From Lama guanicoe (taxonomy: Eukaryota): a stretch of DNA of 64,000 bases. The DNA lies in contig MU053557.1 in the NCBI GenBank assembly GCA_013239625.1, forward strand, positions 4,308,123-4,372,122, in the 5' to 3' direction. Positions 61,531-64,000 of this stretch are shown here, piece by piece. Position numbers and translations under genes: made by a program. Within the stretch, counting starts at the first letter, position 1. Every line of letters begins with the position of its first letter. A model generated the notes under the pieces. It made no database searches and was not told the origin of the DNA. It was given only the letters and a program-made list of their open reading frames with translations.

Positions 61531-63784
61531 CACATGAAAACCAGAAAGCAGCATAAGGCAGTTTATAATCCATGCCAGAATAAGTGTAAGAACTGGAAAT
61601 GCAATACCTTGTTGAGAGAGGAGGGAGATTGCTGTGGGTTGGGGCAGGGAGGAATGTTCCCTTGGAAGCATGTGACTGCAGGGTTTGCTGGGGACTGGGA
61701 CAGGAAACCAATCACTGAAGCGTCTGGTCTGCTTCTCTGAGTCTTTGCTTTATCTTTTCATCAGAGAATCATACCAAATTGGAAAGCGGACATGAAACTT
61801 TAAAACAAGCACATGGTAAAGCAGAAACACAACCTGCCTCATGTCCTGGCAAATTCATCTTTGGTTCCAAAGTTGGGAAGTTCTCCTACATTGAGCAGGT
61901 AGCTGGATCTTATGGAAAATTTGGCAGGCCAGGTGGCCCTATAAATGTGCTGTCCATTTTGAGCTAGCATTCTAGGGCAACAGAGATGACTCTCTTCTGA
62001 CAGAAGAGAGCAACAAGGGTTAATATACTTTGAAGGATGCTTTCCATTGACAGCATAATCTCTGCCAAATTCAGCCCTATGCTAATCCCTACTTCACAGA
62101 CAGTGCAAATATAATTTGAAGGAGGAATTTTTGAAATACCTAAGAGAACAAACTTCCCAACCACTTTCAAGAACTTGAGAAATTCTTGTGTCTCGTGAGT
62201 AAGACACACGGTGAGGCGAAAAGAGGCCCGAATTGGGATTCATGCAACTAGATTTCAGTTCTCAGCTCTTTCTCTCCCTGTCTCTGTTTCAAGCCGAGGA
62301 AGGCAGTTTTCCTGTTTTCCTCAGCGGACCTCAGTTTGCTCCTCTGTAGAATAATGAGGCCAGTGCAGGTGGTCTCTAAGCTCTGCTTAGCTCTAAATTT
62401 ATATAGCTGTTAGTTAAGAGGCTAATTAGAGACAGCAGTTTATGTTTCTAATTAGAATTGATGACATTTGTCATATAAATCATGGTCCAATGTCTTGGGG
62501 GTGGTCAGGTTGCAAAAGAGAATGTTGTGCATGATAACTGCTTTCAAATATTTAATGACCATCTAGGCAAAAGGAGCATATCTATTTTATATGAATATCA
62601 TAAGGCAAGCAGTAGATTCCAGCTCAGGTGAAGGAAGACTTTTTCTAAGAGTGAAATCGGTTCTATATCAGAGTAATGAGTCTCCTGTCATTGGAAGCAT
62701 TCAAGAGAAGTCCAAATAAAGGTCTGTGCACAATGAGGCACAAGGGGTTCCTACACAGAGTAGAGGCTAGACTAAGCTCCTTCCAAATCTGTGATTCTGT
62801 GTCCTTGAAAACAATAGACCTGAATGTTCTTAAAAAGTATTCAGACCATTCCCTAATTCCAGCTGGCCTTCTCCCCAGTTCCTCTGGATTTCAGAGGCTT
62901 CACTGCATTCCTAACCAGGAAACCTCCCGGGGAAATCAGGATCTCAACAGTCTTTGGCCATGGAGGGAAATCCAGAAATAGAGCAATAAGGTTAAGCAGT
63001 TTTCCAAACTATTAGACCTTTTCATCAGCTGCTCTTCCCATGCCTTTTGCAAGTGACCTACTAACTCCCAGAGAGAGAATAATGAGAGCTGCAAAGTCCT
63101 CTCTGCAAAGGCTATTACATCCTTCTCCACCCTCAGGATCATTACACTTCCTGTGGTCTTTCCGTCACCCGCACAGGACAGGAAGGAAGGGAGGCAGGTC
63201 CCTAGCCAGCATGGGGAGCACTTCAGAGCTCTCTGGCACAAGATCCTGGAAACCTGAGGATTGTGTAGCCCACCATTAACCACTGGGCAACCTCAGGCAG
63301 GTCACTTCCCTCCCTCTAGACCTGTTTCATCATTTCTTTGCAGACGTGGTTTGGTTTACATAAGTCCTATGTCTCCTTCTTTGTCCAAAGTTCTGTAAGA
63401 TTTCAGGAAGTCTTCAGTGCTGCACATCTGGCTTCATGGCTTTTATTTTAAAAGCACATTTTTTTTCTTGTTAAAAACGTAATAGAACTTATTGTAAAAC
63501 ATTTAAAAATATATGAAAGCACAAAATGAGATAAATCACGTGTAACGTTACCACCTAGAGATAGCCGTTGTTAAATCTGATGTATATGCTTTCAGTCTTT
63601 GTTCTAAGCATGGCTATCTATACAAAAGGGTAGAATTTGTGTATTTTTAAATAAAAATGGAATTAGATTATTCATAGAATTTTGGACCCACTGATAATAC
63701 TTTAACAAATGCCTCCTTGAATATATTATTATGATCCAGATATCATAATTGCTACTGGTCTACTGGCCTGGCCGTAAGAGTATC

Positions 63785-63920
63785 CAGCAGTTTTCAGACT
63801 GCAGGAGAATCATCATTTCCAGAGCATATGGATTGGGAGATCTGAGCTGGGGCCCACGAATCTGCATTTTAGCGTATTCTCATGGGTTTTCCCCACGGAC
63901 CACATTTTGAAAAATAAGGT
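63785..63920. mobile_element. MER5A-type MITE
   Basis: tctgagctggggcccacgaatctgcattttagc...ggaccacattttgaaaa. Confidence 0.7.
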
Positions 63921-64000
63921 TACAGAGATAAATTTTGTAAATTAAACAGAAGGCTCCCTCTCCCCTTGTAGTGGATGAAAAAGATGTTTCTATACTGTAC

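Noticed and set aside
1..64000. A novel multi-gene or prokaryote-like system
   Set aside because: All long ORFs are explained by ADRB2 or L1; the remaining sequence is consistent with ordinary repeat-rich mammalian intergenic DNA.

Overview
Eutherian genomic DNA containing one protein-coding gene, the intronless beta-2 adrenergic receptor ADRB2 (CDS 56715-57971, +, 418 aa). The species is an artiodactyl and most likely a camelid (inference: artiodactyl-type ADRB2 C-tail, no recognisable BovB/Bov-tA or PRE1 SINEs, and a distinctive young L1 3' UTR). Around the gene I can see its GC-rich CpG-island promoter (GC boxes, inverted CCAAT, CRE), the 19-codon 5'-leader uORF, and a 3' UTR with a hairpin, a U-rich element, let-7/miR-15/miR-30 seed sites and two AATAAA hexamers. 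The upstream ~55 kb is gene-free and rich in transposon relics (L1, L2, MIR, MLT1/LTR16, MER5/MER20/MER96/MER102/Charlie/MADE2); subfamily names are from recall, not from a database search. I found no evidence for a wholly new biological system. The most notable observations concern L1 insertion mechanics: a doubly truncated young L1 whose target-site duplication (TSD) creates an in-frame ATG for a 570-aa ORF2 fragment, two twin-priming inversions, nested insertions including a poly(A)-only event, and several 70-115 bp L1 tail-only inserts. The others are receptor substitutions (A202T, S261A) and UTR regulatory features of ADRB2.
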